Source: Candidatus Hadarchaeota archaeon (lineage in GTDB: Archaea; Hadarchaeota; Hadarchaeia; Hadarchaeales; JAWBSP01). From it: a stretch of DNA of 60,875 nucleotides. This document shows positions 1 through 9,602 of this stretch, piece by piece (within the stretch, counting starts at the first letter, position 1; each line of letters begins with the position of its first letter). The stretch covers positions 1 through 60,875 of the forward strand of contig CAYYWO010000005.1 of the NCBI GenBank assembly GCA_964474885.1, given 5' to 3'. Both the position numbers and the translations under genes were made by a program. The notes beneath the pieces were generated by a model. The model saw only the letters and a list, made by a program, of their open reading frames with translations. It had not been told where the DNA came from and ran no database searches.

Positions 1-2
1 AG

Positions 3-1332
<1,330 letters not shown>

Positions 1333-1437
1333 TTTTCATCGTTTATTTTTAAAATTAAAGCGGAACACTGAGAACTCAGAGCGAAAAACATTTTTGAAGT
1401 CTTTAATCTAAAAATTTTTGAAAATTCAGGTGAGAAA

Positions 1438-1803
1438 ATGGAGAGAAAAAACCAGAATGGGCTGGGTAGGCACATAATCGCCGAGCTCTACGGCTGCGAC
1501 CCAGAATTGTTGGGCAACGTAGAGAAGCTAAAAGAATTGATGCTGGAAGCTACGAAGAAAGCGGGAGCACGCGTCTGCGGAGAATTTTTCTGTAAACTCA
1601 ACCCCGGAGTGACGGGAATCGTCGCAGTTGCCGAGTCTCATCTTTCCATCCACACTTGGCCGGAGTACGGATACGCTGCGATTGACATCTTCACCTGCGG
1701 AAAAGCAGACCCTTACAAAGCTTATGATTACATCAGGAAACAGCTGAAACCCAAAGAGTGGAAAGAGACGTACCTCGAAAGAGGGCTGATAAACAAGGAG
1801 TGA
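1438..1803 (+). CDS. speD: Pyruvoyl S-adenosylmethionine decarboxylase proenzyme
   Basis: GRHIIAELYGC, AESHLSIHTWPEYGYAAIDIFTCG; divergent from speE. Confidence 0.92.
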   Translation: MERKNQNGLGRHIIAELYGCDPELLGNVEKLKELMLEATKKAGARVCGEFFCKLNPGVTGIVAVAESHLSIHTWPEYGYAAIDIFTCGKADPYKAYDYIRKQLKPKEWKETYLERGLINKE

Positions 1804-2393
1804 AGAGCGTGTCGAAAGCATTAGATGTAGTGCGGGTTATCTCACTCAGGAGTAAAAAGCAAGATAATGAAAAGATAATCGGTACTATAGTGTGTGTAGT
1901 TCTTGTCGGTGCTTGCATTTGGCTGATTATTCAGCGACAACCAACACCGACCTGGCATGAAGAAAATACCGTTGAGAGGTACATCAGAATAGTTGCGGAT
2001 GGGCCAATCTTACATTATCAAGAAACTCTCTTTTGGGGCGAAGACCAATTTGTGAAAATTATGGAGAACTGGAATGGTTTTCGATCCGCTCAAATTGAAA
2101 AATTCAATCAAAAATACCATGTGGCTGCCGATAATTTCAATGTCGAATTTGATGAGAAGAATAGGACGACAACTTTAAAATGTGACGTTCCTGGCAAAGA
2201 GTATGCAGAAAACTCATACGACTTCCTGTGGTTCCTGAACGTCTATGGGCTGGATCTCATCTACGACTTCACAGAGTCTGAAAGAGAACTTTCATGGACG
2301 GGGATTACTGACAACCTCACCACAACAATTGTCCTCAGTTTCCCCTTTCCAATAGACCACTGCCACGGACATGTATGGCAAGCACGAAGATAA
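1758..2393 (+). CDS. Hypothetical membrane-anchored protein (start uncertain)
   Basis: N-terminal hydrophobic helix IIGTIVCVVLVGACIWLII, soluble domain ending in HCHGHVW; visibly more AT-rich than flanks. Confidence 0.6.
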   Translation: MERDVPRKRADKQGVKSVSKALDVVRVISLRSKKQDNEKIIGTIVCVVLVGACIWLIIQRQPTPTWHEENTVERYIRIVADGPILHYQETLFWGEDQFVKIMENWNGFRSAQIEKFNQKYHVAADNFNVEFDEKNRTTTLKCDVPGKEYAENSYDFLWFLNVYGLDLIYDFTESERELSWTGITDNLTTTIVLSFPFPIDHCHGHVWQARR

Positions 2394-2428
2394 CTCCCCC
2401 TCAAGGTGAAGCTAGGAGGAAACAGAGG

Positions 2429-2503
<75 letters not shown>

Positions 2504-2813
2504 TACCATAAAAAATTAACCCGGTAAAAATCTATGAACAAATTCAGGATTTTACTTTCCTGACTCTCGCTTCCGATTGCTCCCTACTGAGGAAAGAGGG
2601 TCCTAAGGTTCAACCGGTTATGATCTTTGAGAAACTCTAACAATAGTTCCTCACAATAGAAGAGACCGGAAGAGATACTTCTCCTGTCCGGGTGACCATC
2701 TGCCTCAGACTTAATTTACCAAAAAAGTTCTCGATTAACCTCTTCCCACTCTGGCTAAAATAGCGGCGTTCCGAGCCAGGTGAACTTCACTCACGATTTT
2801 TTTTCAGGATCCT

Positions 2814-3893
2814 CTAGCTGAGCTTGCACCACTCAACTACTTCCCGGAAGAATTCACTCCCGTCAGCCGGCTGGAGCTGGAATTCATTTCCTTTCTTCTC
2901 GTACCTCTCCGCGACCACTTCAGGATCTGCCTGACCGGGGGAGAAGTCCTCCAACTCATTTATGCCGACGGGCACCGAGATGAGGCCCGTTTTCACATGC
3001 ATGCTGTAAGGGGCCCTGACATCTCCCATGGGTTTGATTATCGAAGCATCCAGCAAGACCTTGTCCTCTCTCTGCTCCTTCTTAGCCGTCTCAGAAGTCG
3101 TCAGGCCAGGGAGCTTCTCGGAAAGCCTGAACTGAACAAACCTTACCATATCCGAGTAGAAACTGAAGTAGTTGCGCTTCCGCCTCTCGGTTGTGAGTTT
3201 CTTGGGCACGTAATCGGGAGGGAGTTCGTGAGGCTGGAAAACCGTCCATATTTGGAACCCCCTAGAGCCAGAAAACTTTATGCGCGGGGCCAACCCGTAG
3301 CCCTCCAAAATACGGAAGGCCTCAGCAACTACCCGTTTGGTAAGTGAGAAGTCTACCTTCTTCCCCGCATCGAAGTCTATCACCAGCCAATCTGGGACAT
3401 CAGACCCGATCCTGTGTATGTAGGGGATAAAGTCTATGCCGTGGACATCCAGGTGCTTTTGGACGTCAGCCGGGCTCTTGACGGTGATGTACGAGTTCCC
3501 GATCTTCCGCTGCAGCCAGAACCTACCTGTGAAGAGCCTAAAGACCGAAACATACCTGTCCCTGCAAAACTCGAGCAGGGTCTGCATGACATGGGGGTAG
3601 TATCGCTTCGCGCGGTAGACCTTCAAGTAATCCTGATTCAGCTCATCCTTCACCTGCCTCCACCTCTGCTCAAAGGCCTCCCTGCCCTTCTCCGTGGCCG
3701 CAAAAAGCCCGTTCTTCTCCTCTATCCAGCCTTTGGAAATCAACGAATCCAGGAGTTCCCTTGTCTCCTTCTCTGAAAACTGCCTGCCGAAATCCCTGCT
3801 CACCTTTTCCTGAACATGGGCTAGATCCACATACTTGTCCTTCCTCTTTATGCAGAACATGAGCATGGTGTGGTCTTCAGGTGTTGCCCTCAT
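2814..3893 (-). CDS. LigD-type archaeo-eukaryotic primase-polymerase with N-terminal winged helix
   Basis: PDWLVIDFDAG (DxD), KFSGSRGFQI, KVLLD, RAPYSMH..TGLISVP motifs; ATG 3893 overlaps upstream stop (ATGA). Confidence 0.8.
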   Translation of the reverse strand: MRATPEDHTMLMFCIKRKDKYVDLAHVQEKVSRDFGRQFSEKETRELLDSLISKGWIEEKNGLFAATEKGREAFEQRWRQVKDELNQDYLKVYRAKRYYPHVMQTLLEFCRDRYVSVFRLFTGRFWLQRKIGNSYITVKSPADVQKHLDVHGIDFIPYIHRIGSDVPDWLVIDFDAGKKVDFSLTKRVVAEAFRILEGYGLAPRIKFSGSRGFQIWTVFQPHELPPDYVPKKLTTERRKRNYFSFYSDMVRFVQFRLSEKLPGLTTSETAKKEQREDKVLLDASIIKPMGDVRAPYSMHVKTGLISVPVGINELEDFSPGQADPEVVAERYEKKGNEFQLQPADGSEFFREVVEWCKLS

Positions 3894-4060
3894 TTCAGAA
3901 GTTCTTCCAGCTTTTCTCCCAAGATTTTTTTGGCGCACTTCATGCAGATAAAGGTCGCCTTGCTCTCCCCGGGCTTCACCACCTTGATGTACGATGAATC
4001 GTAGCTAAGCAACTGGATGCCCTTGTTGCAGAACTTGCACTTGGGTCCTTTGACCCTCAT
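3890..4060 (-). CDS. Small zinc-finger protein
   Basis: CKFC...CMKC in 56 aa; ATGA-coupled to the primase-polymerase. Confidence 0.65.
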   Translation of the reverse strand: MRVKGPKCKFCNKGIQLLSYDSSYIKVVKPGESKATFICMKCAKKILGEKLEELLK

Positions 4061-4107
4061 CGAAAAACTGGTATATTTGAGCAAATTATAGCCCGGCGAT
4101 TAGTTAG

Positions 4108-4782
4108 ATGAAATTCATCGATTTCCTGCTCCCGAAGAGGGCGGACCTGGAGGAGATGAAGAGAATACAGGAGAGAGTCGCCAAGATGGTAATAAAGAGG
4201 GATAAATTCGACAGGCTTGAAACGGTTGCAGGTTGCGATGTGAGCTTTGAGCGCCACGCACAGGCCTATGCCGCCTGCGTCCTCCTGAGGCTTGAGAATT
4301 TAGAAGTGCTCGACAGCAGGGCGGTGAAGGTGAGGGTTGACTTCCCTTACATACCGACTTTTCTGGCTTTCAGGGAGCTCAAACCGATGCTAGAAGCCAT
4401 CAATGGGATGGATGCATCCGTTTACATGGTTGGTGCGCAGGGGCTTGCTCACCCGCGGAGAGCGGGGCTCGCATCCCACTTGGGCGTGATCCTAGACAAG
4501 CCCACTGTGGGGGTGGCCAAATCAAAGCTCTGCGGGACTTATAGAGAGCCCGGACCTGAAAGAGGTGCCAGAGAATGGTTGATCGACAAAGGCGAGATAA
4601 TAGGCGCGGCAGTGAGGACGGTCAGAGGGAAGAAGCCCGTGATCGTCAGCATTGGGCACAAGGTATCGCTCGAGACCGCTATCGAACTGACCTTGAAGAC
4701 GACGAGAGAAGGGCCACTCCCTGAACCCATCCTGAAGGCCCACACGCTTGCCACACAAGTTGCAAGAAAGGAATTCGGCTAG
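4108..4782 (+). CDS. nfi: Endonuclease V (third catalytic Asp replaced by Gly)
   Basis: AGCDVSF, FPYIPTFLAFRE, GLAHPRRAGLASHLG, VGVAKSKL, PEPILKAH. Confidence 0.92.
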   Translation: MKFIDFLLPKRADLEEMKRIQERVAKMVIKRDKFDRLETVAGCDVSFERHAQAYAACVLLRLENLEVLDSRAVKVRVDFPYIPTFLAFRELKPMLEAINGMDASVYMVGAQGLAHPRRAGLASHLGVILDKPTVGVAKSKLCGTYREPGPERGAREWLIDKGEIIGAAVRTVRGKKPVIVSIGHKVSLETAIELTLKTTREGPLPEPILKAHTLATQVARKEFG

Positions 4783-5710
4783 GGGCATCACGCTCGTTCA
4801 GGTCTCACTCCTCTTCTCGATCTGCCTAGCCGTAGTTTTGGCCTCCCTTTTCTCGTACTATCAGCAGAGGCTGGAGGAGCTGAAACTCAACACCGAAGCA
4901 GAGGGGCTACTGCGGGATATCGCGGACAGAATACAATTGGCTCGGGGCGGGTTCATCTCTTCCCTCACCCTGCCTGCCTCCCTAGCTGGAAACATGTATG
5001 AGCTGAAAATCGAGGAGAACAAAATCTTGCTTTCAGTGCAGTTTAGAGGGGGAGAGAAGAACTATAGCCTAGAGATCCCTGCTGTTGAGGCATGTAACCT
5101 AGCACCCGCCTGTGAGGTATTCTTCTTTCCTTGGAAGGGCCGCGTTAAAATCTCTGAAAATCTGGAAGGGCCGCTCTTAGAGAGATTCATCAGCGAGGCG
5201 CCGCCAGAGTTTTACTTCTGGTCCAAGGAAAATCCAGAATCCGCGGTGATGGCTCTTTACTGCTACTTCTACCTGCACGAGCAGCCCGAGGCATGCGGGT
5301 GTTCCTCAGTCAGATTCAACAACTCTCTGGCCAAAGCTGAATGGGTTTCGGAAGACTTTGAGGGGTATAGGGTGAGAACCATCAGAAACGTGAAGCGGGT
5401 GAACTCTGTAGACGAGAACCTGAGCGAAGTCCCACCTCTGAGAGAGGCTCTAGAGGGGGGATGGATAAGATCCCCTGCAGATGCAATGGAGGAGATCCGG
5501 TCGAGGGACTGGAGGGACGAAAACGGCCGGGAGGTGCAGATTCCCGCGAATCTGGAGCTAGAACTGGGCCTGTTCATCGATTCCGGCGAGTTCCCCGTCT
5601 GGCAGGTGGGATGGGACGGTTACCGCATCTACATTGGGACCATCAGGTGGTGGTGGGCGGAAAACTCCCCCGGTTTTTTGTACTGGGCTGAAAACCTCTA
5701 CTTATACTGA
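4748..5710 (+). CDS. Hypothetical surface protein with pilin-like (class III) signal peptide
   Basis: ARG/ITLVQVSLLFSICLAVVLASLF N-terminus followed by a soluble domain. Confidence 0.6.
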   Translation: MPHKLQERNSARGITLVQVSLLFSICLAVVLASLFSYYQQRLEELKLNTEAEGLLRDIADRIQLARGGFISSLTLPASLAGNMYELKIEENKILLSVQFRGGEKNYSLEIPAVEACNLAPACEVFFFPWKGRVKISENLEGPLLERFISEAPPEFYFWSKENPESAVMALYCYFYLHEQPEACGCSSVRFNNSLAKAEWVSEDFEGYRVRTIRNVKRVNSVDENLSEVPPLREALEGGWIRSPADAMEEIRSRDWRDENGREVQIPANLELELGLFIDSGEFPVWQVGWDGYRIYIGTIRWWWAENSPGFLYWAENLYLY

Positions 5711-5725
5711 GCATTCAAGGGGTGA

Positions 5726-7813
5726 ATGCCCAAACGGGCACTCCCAATTGCTCTCATCCTCCTCGCCGTGGTTCCCACTAGCCTGTCGCCTGCCACATTC
5801 CCCGAGCCCCCGCTGAAGGGAAAACCGATAGAGAGGGTCATCCTCATCTCTATCGATGCCGTCAACTGGGACTACATCTTTGACAATGGACAGAACCCCC
5901 AGTTTTCAGTCACTCCGAATCTCGGCGAGCTGATCCGGCACGGGACTGCCTTCAAAAGAGCAAGAGGGGTGCTGCCCGCCGTCACCCAAGTCAACCACTT
6001 GGTCATGGTGACCGGCTGCTACCCGGAGAGGATTGGGGTACCGGCAAACGAGTTCTTCGACCTAGAGAGAAGAAAGCTCATAGCCGCTTGGAAGAATCCC
6101 GAGCTCATCAAGGTCAAAAATCTGTTCCAGGTGCTCGAAGAGAACAACTCCAGTTTCACGACCGCAGTTGTGGCTGGGAAGAATTACGTGGGGGTGCCCA
6201 TCTGGGCTGACCTGCAAGTTGCACCCGCAAAGATACCTGACTCCACCAAGCGGTTCTTTCCAGACTTCAAGGAGTTCCCAGAGCCCATCCTGAACGATGC
6301 CACAGACAGCTGGGTCATGGATAAGGCACTGAAGATCCTCGACAAGGCGGATCCCCAAGTCATGCTCATTCACCTGCCTTACATGGATCACGCCCAGCAC
6401 CACTGGGGATGGAAATCCCCGGAGGCATGGGCCCAGCTCAGGTGGGCGGACCACCAGATAGGAAGGCTCTTGAAGTACTTGAAGCAATCGGGGAAGCTCG
6501 AGCGCACCCTGATTGTAGTGACCTCCGATCACGGCCAACACAACTTCTGGCAGGAGGTGGACGTGCTGGGAGAACTCGAGCGCCACGGAATCAGGGCAAA
6601 ACTTAACCCGCCCGTGAACTACTTCCACCTTTACTTGGAGAACGCAGAGCAGGTGGAGGAGGCGGTCCGGGTCATAAGGTCCATGGGGATAGCCAACGGA
6701 ATTTGGTACGAAAATGAGATCGATGAGATACACCTACGCACACCCTACACAGGTGAAATCTTCGTCTCATTGAAACCACCCTACAAGGCGATGATCAAAA
6801 TTTTCTGGTTCAAGACTTCCTCCCCACAGATAGGAGAGCACGGCGGGCTCACAGAGACTGAAGTTTTCATGATCCTCTTCGGTCCTCATGTCCGGAGAGG
6901 TGTGCTCTACGAGAACGGTGCCTCCTTAGTCGACATAGTCCCCACTATCTGTGATCTGGTCGGCCTCCCGACCCCCGAGAACATGCAGGGAAGGTCCCTG
7001 AAAGCACTGATCTACAGCGAGAACTCCCTCGCTCCCGACATTGAGTATCACCTGCTAAAGGAGACTAGAATGAGAATCGGCTTGATGCCTATCCTCACCT
7101 TCATCCTAACGATGATCCTACTCTACTCCTGTGTCAGCCTAGACCCCCGCAAGTGGTACAAGGTCATCTCAAGACAGGAAAGGGGCGCGGCTGTTCTGAA
7201 GACCAGACAGCCCCTGCTCTATCTGCTCTTGATCACGTCCTCGATCAGCACGGGCTTTTTCGTCTACATAGAGAACCTGTACTCGGACGCTCCCGGCATA
7301 AACCCAGACAAGTTCCTCGTTACCATGCCCTTCTTCAGCAAGCTGCACCTGAGGAGCATCTGGTTGCCTCTTCCTACCTCCTGGATTTCCGCCATCCCCA
7401 TTCTAACACTAGTCATGTGGCTGGGGCACATGTACGTGGGCGGGCTAATCCTCGGCGCAGTCCAGAGGTTTATCCTAAGAACCCAGCTGACTGAGGATCT
7501 GAAACTCGTTCCTATCTTCTTCGTCCCTTTCATTGCCTCTGAGGTGCTCTGCTCGCTGATCTTCCTGCTCCTCCCCATCGGACCGAACTTGTGCTACGAA
7601 TTCTTCACAGGGATGTTCTGGGTTGGATTCGCCTTTTCCTTCCTCTTCGCCTTGAGCTTGCTAATCGAAAAGCACCAAGTCCACTGGAAGAAGCTCTTGC
7701 CCGGCCTGCTCGTGTTTTTCTCTTTGACCGCACTTTGCTGGCTCTGCGTCTTAGGGACGTTCCTAAACGTTAACAGGAGTACGTTCTCCATCCAGAGTTG
7801 GTACTTCGTATAG
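5726..7813 (+). CDS. Alkaline-phosphatase-superfamily (NPP-type) phosphodiesterase with C-terminal multi-TM domain
   Basis: Signal peptide, ILISIDA, PAVTQVNH (Thr nucleophile), DHAQH, TSDHG, EHGG, VDIVPTI; about 240-aa hydrophobic C-terminus. Confidence 0.85.
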   Translation: MPKRALPIALILLAVVPTSLSPATFPEPPLKGKPIERVILISIDAVNWDYIFDNGQNPQFSVTPNLGELIRHGTAFKRARGVLPAVTQVNHLVMVTGCYPERIGVPANEFFDLERRKLIAAWKNPELIKVKNLFQVLEENNSSFTTAVVAGKNYVGVPIWADLQVAPAKIPDSTKRFFPDFKEFPEPILNDATDSWVMDKALKILDKADPQVMLIHLPYMDHAQHHWGWKSPEAWAQLRWADHQIGRLLKYLKQSGKLERTLIVVTSDHGQHNFWQEVDVLGELERHGIRAKLNPPVNYFHLYLENAEQVEEAVRVIRSMGIANGIWYENEIDEIHLRTPYTGEIFVSLKPPYKAMIKIFWFKTSSPQIGEHGGLTETEVFMILFGPHVRRGVLYENGASLVDIVPTICDLVGLPTPENMQGRSLKALIYSENSLAPDIEYHLLKETRMRIGLMPILTFILTMILLYSCVSLDPRKWYKVISRQERGAAVLKTRQPLLYLLLITSSISTGFFVYIENLYSDAPGINPDKFLVTMPFFSKLHLRSIWLPLPTSWISAIPILTLVMWLGHMYVGGLILGAVQRFILRTQLTEDLKLVPIFFVPFIASEVLCSLIFLLLPIGPNLCYEFFTGMFWVGFAFSFLFALSLLIEKHQVHWKKLLPGLLVFFSLTALCWLCVLGTFLNVNRSTFSIQSWYFV

Positions 7814-7832
7814 TGTTACTGAAAACGTAACA

Positions 7833-7840
7833 TTTTTAAG
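7833..7840 (+). promoter_or_regulatory. TATA box for the Lys-rich micro-ORF
   Basis: TTTTTAAG starting 26 nt upstream of ATG 7859, consistent with a leaderless transcript. Confidence 0.5.
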
Positions 7841-7858
7841 AACCTTACCAAAAATTGG

Positions 7859-7912
7859 ATGGCAGCCAAGAAGAAGAAAGCCGCCAAAAAGAAGGCAAAG
7901 AAAAAGAAGTAA
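7859..7912 (+). CDS. 17-aa Lys/Ala micropeptide MAAKKKKAAKKKAKKKK
   Basis: ATG GCA GCC AAG AAG AAG AAA GCC GCC AAA AAG AAG GCA AAG AAA AAG AAG TAA; flanked by TATA and T-tract. Confidence 0.6.
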   Translation: MAAKKKKAAKKKAKKKK

Positions 7913-7922
7913 AGCCTGAAAA

Positions 7923-7961
7923 TCTTTGCTTTTGTTTTTTGATTTTTGCCTTTTTTTCCTT
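7923..7961 (+). terminator. Oligo-T terminator tract
   Basis: TCTTTGCTTTTGTTTTTTGATTTTTGCCTTTTTTTCCTT directly after the micro-ORF stop. Confidence 0.55.
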
Positions 7962-7993
7962 GCAACCAGTAAAGGTATCAGACCAAGAACAAA

Positions 7994-8066
7994 AGCCGCC
8001 GGTGGGCTTTGAACCCACGACCTGCCGCTTACGAGGCGGCCGCTCTACCGGCTGAGCTACGGCGGC
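7994..8066 (-). tRNA. tRNA-Thr(CGT)
   Basis: GCCGCCG..CGGCGGC-T acceptor stem, D arm GCTCAGCCGGTAGAGC, anticodon arm GCCGC-CTCGTAA-GCGGC, T-loop GTTCAAAG. Confidence 0.96.
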
Positions 8067-8122
8067 AATTAAATACTTGGAACTTGATTTTTTGGATTTA
8101 AGGGCTTGGAAGAACATCTCCA

Positions 8123-9004
8123 ATGGTGGAAATAATTTACGGTTCTGAACGCCTGAAGCGCGGCTTCGCTAAGATGCAGAAAGGTGGTGTCATCATGGAT
8201 GTGACCAACGTGGAACAGGCCATTATTGCGGAGGAAGCTGGAGCTGTTGCCGTGATGGCACTGCAAGCCGTTCCGGCAGACATAAGGGCCATGGGAGGCG
8301 TTGCGAGAATGGCGGACCCTGCCCTGATTCAAGAAATAATGGACGCCGTTAGCATCCCCGTCATGGCGAAGTGCAGGATAGGTCACTTCGCGGAGGCCCA
8401 AATTCTCGAAGCTTTAGGCGTTGACATGATCGACGAGTCAGAAGTCCTAACTCCTGCCGATGAAGAATACCACATCGATAAAAAGAAGTTCAAGGTTCCG
8501 TTCGTATGCGGTGCGAGAGATCTCGGGGAAGCCCTCCGCAGGATCGATGAGGGTGCCGCCATGATCAGGACGAAGGGGGAAGCTGGAACGGGGAATGTGG
8601 TAGAGGCCATAAGGCACATCAGGCTGACGAAGAGACAGATCGCCGAGCTGAGCGAGGACAATCTAGAGGAGAAAGCGCAGGAGTACAGGGTTCCAGTTGA
8701 GCTCGTGAGGGAGACCATGAGACTGAGGAGGCTCCCCGTCGTTTGGTTCTGTGCAGGGGGAATAGCCACACCAGCAGATGCCGCCATGGTAATGCAACTC
8801 GGAGTGGACGGGATCTTCGTTGGTTCGGGGATCTTCAAGTCCAGCGACCCGAGGCGGATGGCCTGGGCAATCGTTGAGGCTACGAGACACTACGATGATC
8901 CCCAAGTGCTGCTCGAGGTGAGCAAGAATCTGCCGCAGCCCATGCGTGGAATAGACATCCGCACCCTAACGCCCGTTCAAAGGCTCGCGACGAGAGGCCG
9001 TTGA
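8123..9004 (+). CDS. pdxS: PLP synthase lyase subunit
   Basis: [49 protein letters not shown]. Confidence 0.97.
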   Translation: MVEIIYGSERLKRGFAKMQKGGVIMDVTNVEQAIIAEEAGAVAVMALQAVPADIRAMGGVARMADPALIQEIMDAVSIPVMAKCRIGHFAEAQILEALGVDMIDESEVLTPADEEYHIDKKKFKVPFVCGARDLGEALRRIDEGAAMIRTKGEAGTGNVVEAIRHIRLTKRQIAELSEDNLEEKAQEYRVPVELVRETMRLRRLPVVWFCAGGIATPADAAMVMQLGVDGIFVGSGIFKSSDPRRMAWAIVEATRHYDDPQVLLEVSKNLPQPMRGIDIRTLTPVQRLATRGR

Positions 9005-9600
9005 GGATCGGTGTAGTAGGCTTACAGGGAGCTATTGAGGAGCATCTCGAAGCAGTCAAAAGGGCTTTTTATGCATCTTCTATAACTGGCGAGGTCTTCC
9101 GTCTTTCACATCCTGACCAGCTCAAGGATGTAGATGGAATTATCATCCCTGGGGGAGAATCGACCACGATAGGAAAGCTGATGGTGAGCACGGGACTTTT
9201 TGAGCCTATCAAGAGAATGGGTAGCTCGGGTCTGCCGATCCTTGGCACGTGTGCAGGGATGATCCTCCTAGCGAAGAGGGGGGATGAATGGGTCGAGCGG
9301 ACCAGGCAGCCTTTGCTCGGGTTGATGGATTTCTCCGTTCGGCGCAATGCCTTCGGGAGGCAGAGGGAGTCCTTCGAAACGGAGCTCCACATACCCGCTT
9401 TGGGCAAGGAGCCCTTCAGAGGTGTGTTCATAAGGGCACCCGTCGCTGAAGAAGTTTGGGGGCGGGTGGAGGTGTTCGCCACCTTCCAGGGGAAGATAGT
9501 GGGAGTCCAGCAGGGGAACCTGATCGCTGTCTCCTTTCATCCCGAGTTGGTACCCGATCCGAGACTGCACCAGTACTTTCTGCAACTCTGCAAGCGCTGA
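9001..9600 (+). CDS. pdxT: PLP synthase glutaminase subunit
   Basis: [35 protein letters not shown]. Confidence 0.97.
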   Translation: MRIGVVGLQGAIEEHLEAVKRAFYASSITGEVFRLSHPDQLKDVDGIIIPGGESTTIGKLMVSTGLFEPIKRMGSSGLPILGTCAGMILLAKRGDEWVERTRQPLLGLMDFSVRRNAFGRQRESFETELHIPALGKEPFRGVFIRAPVAEEVWGRVEVFATFQGKIVGVQQGNLIAVSFHPELVPDPRLHQYFLQLCKR

Positions 9601-9602
9601 AC

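Noticed and set aside
7845-8123. ORFs 7845-8123(-) and 7855-8055(+)
   Set aside because: They overlap tRNA-Thr and the terminator tract; shadow frames.
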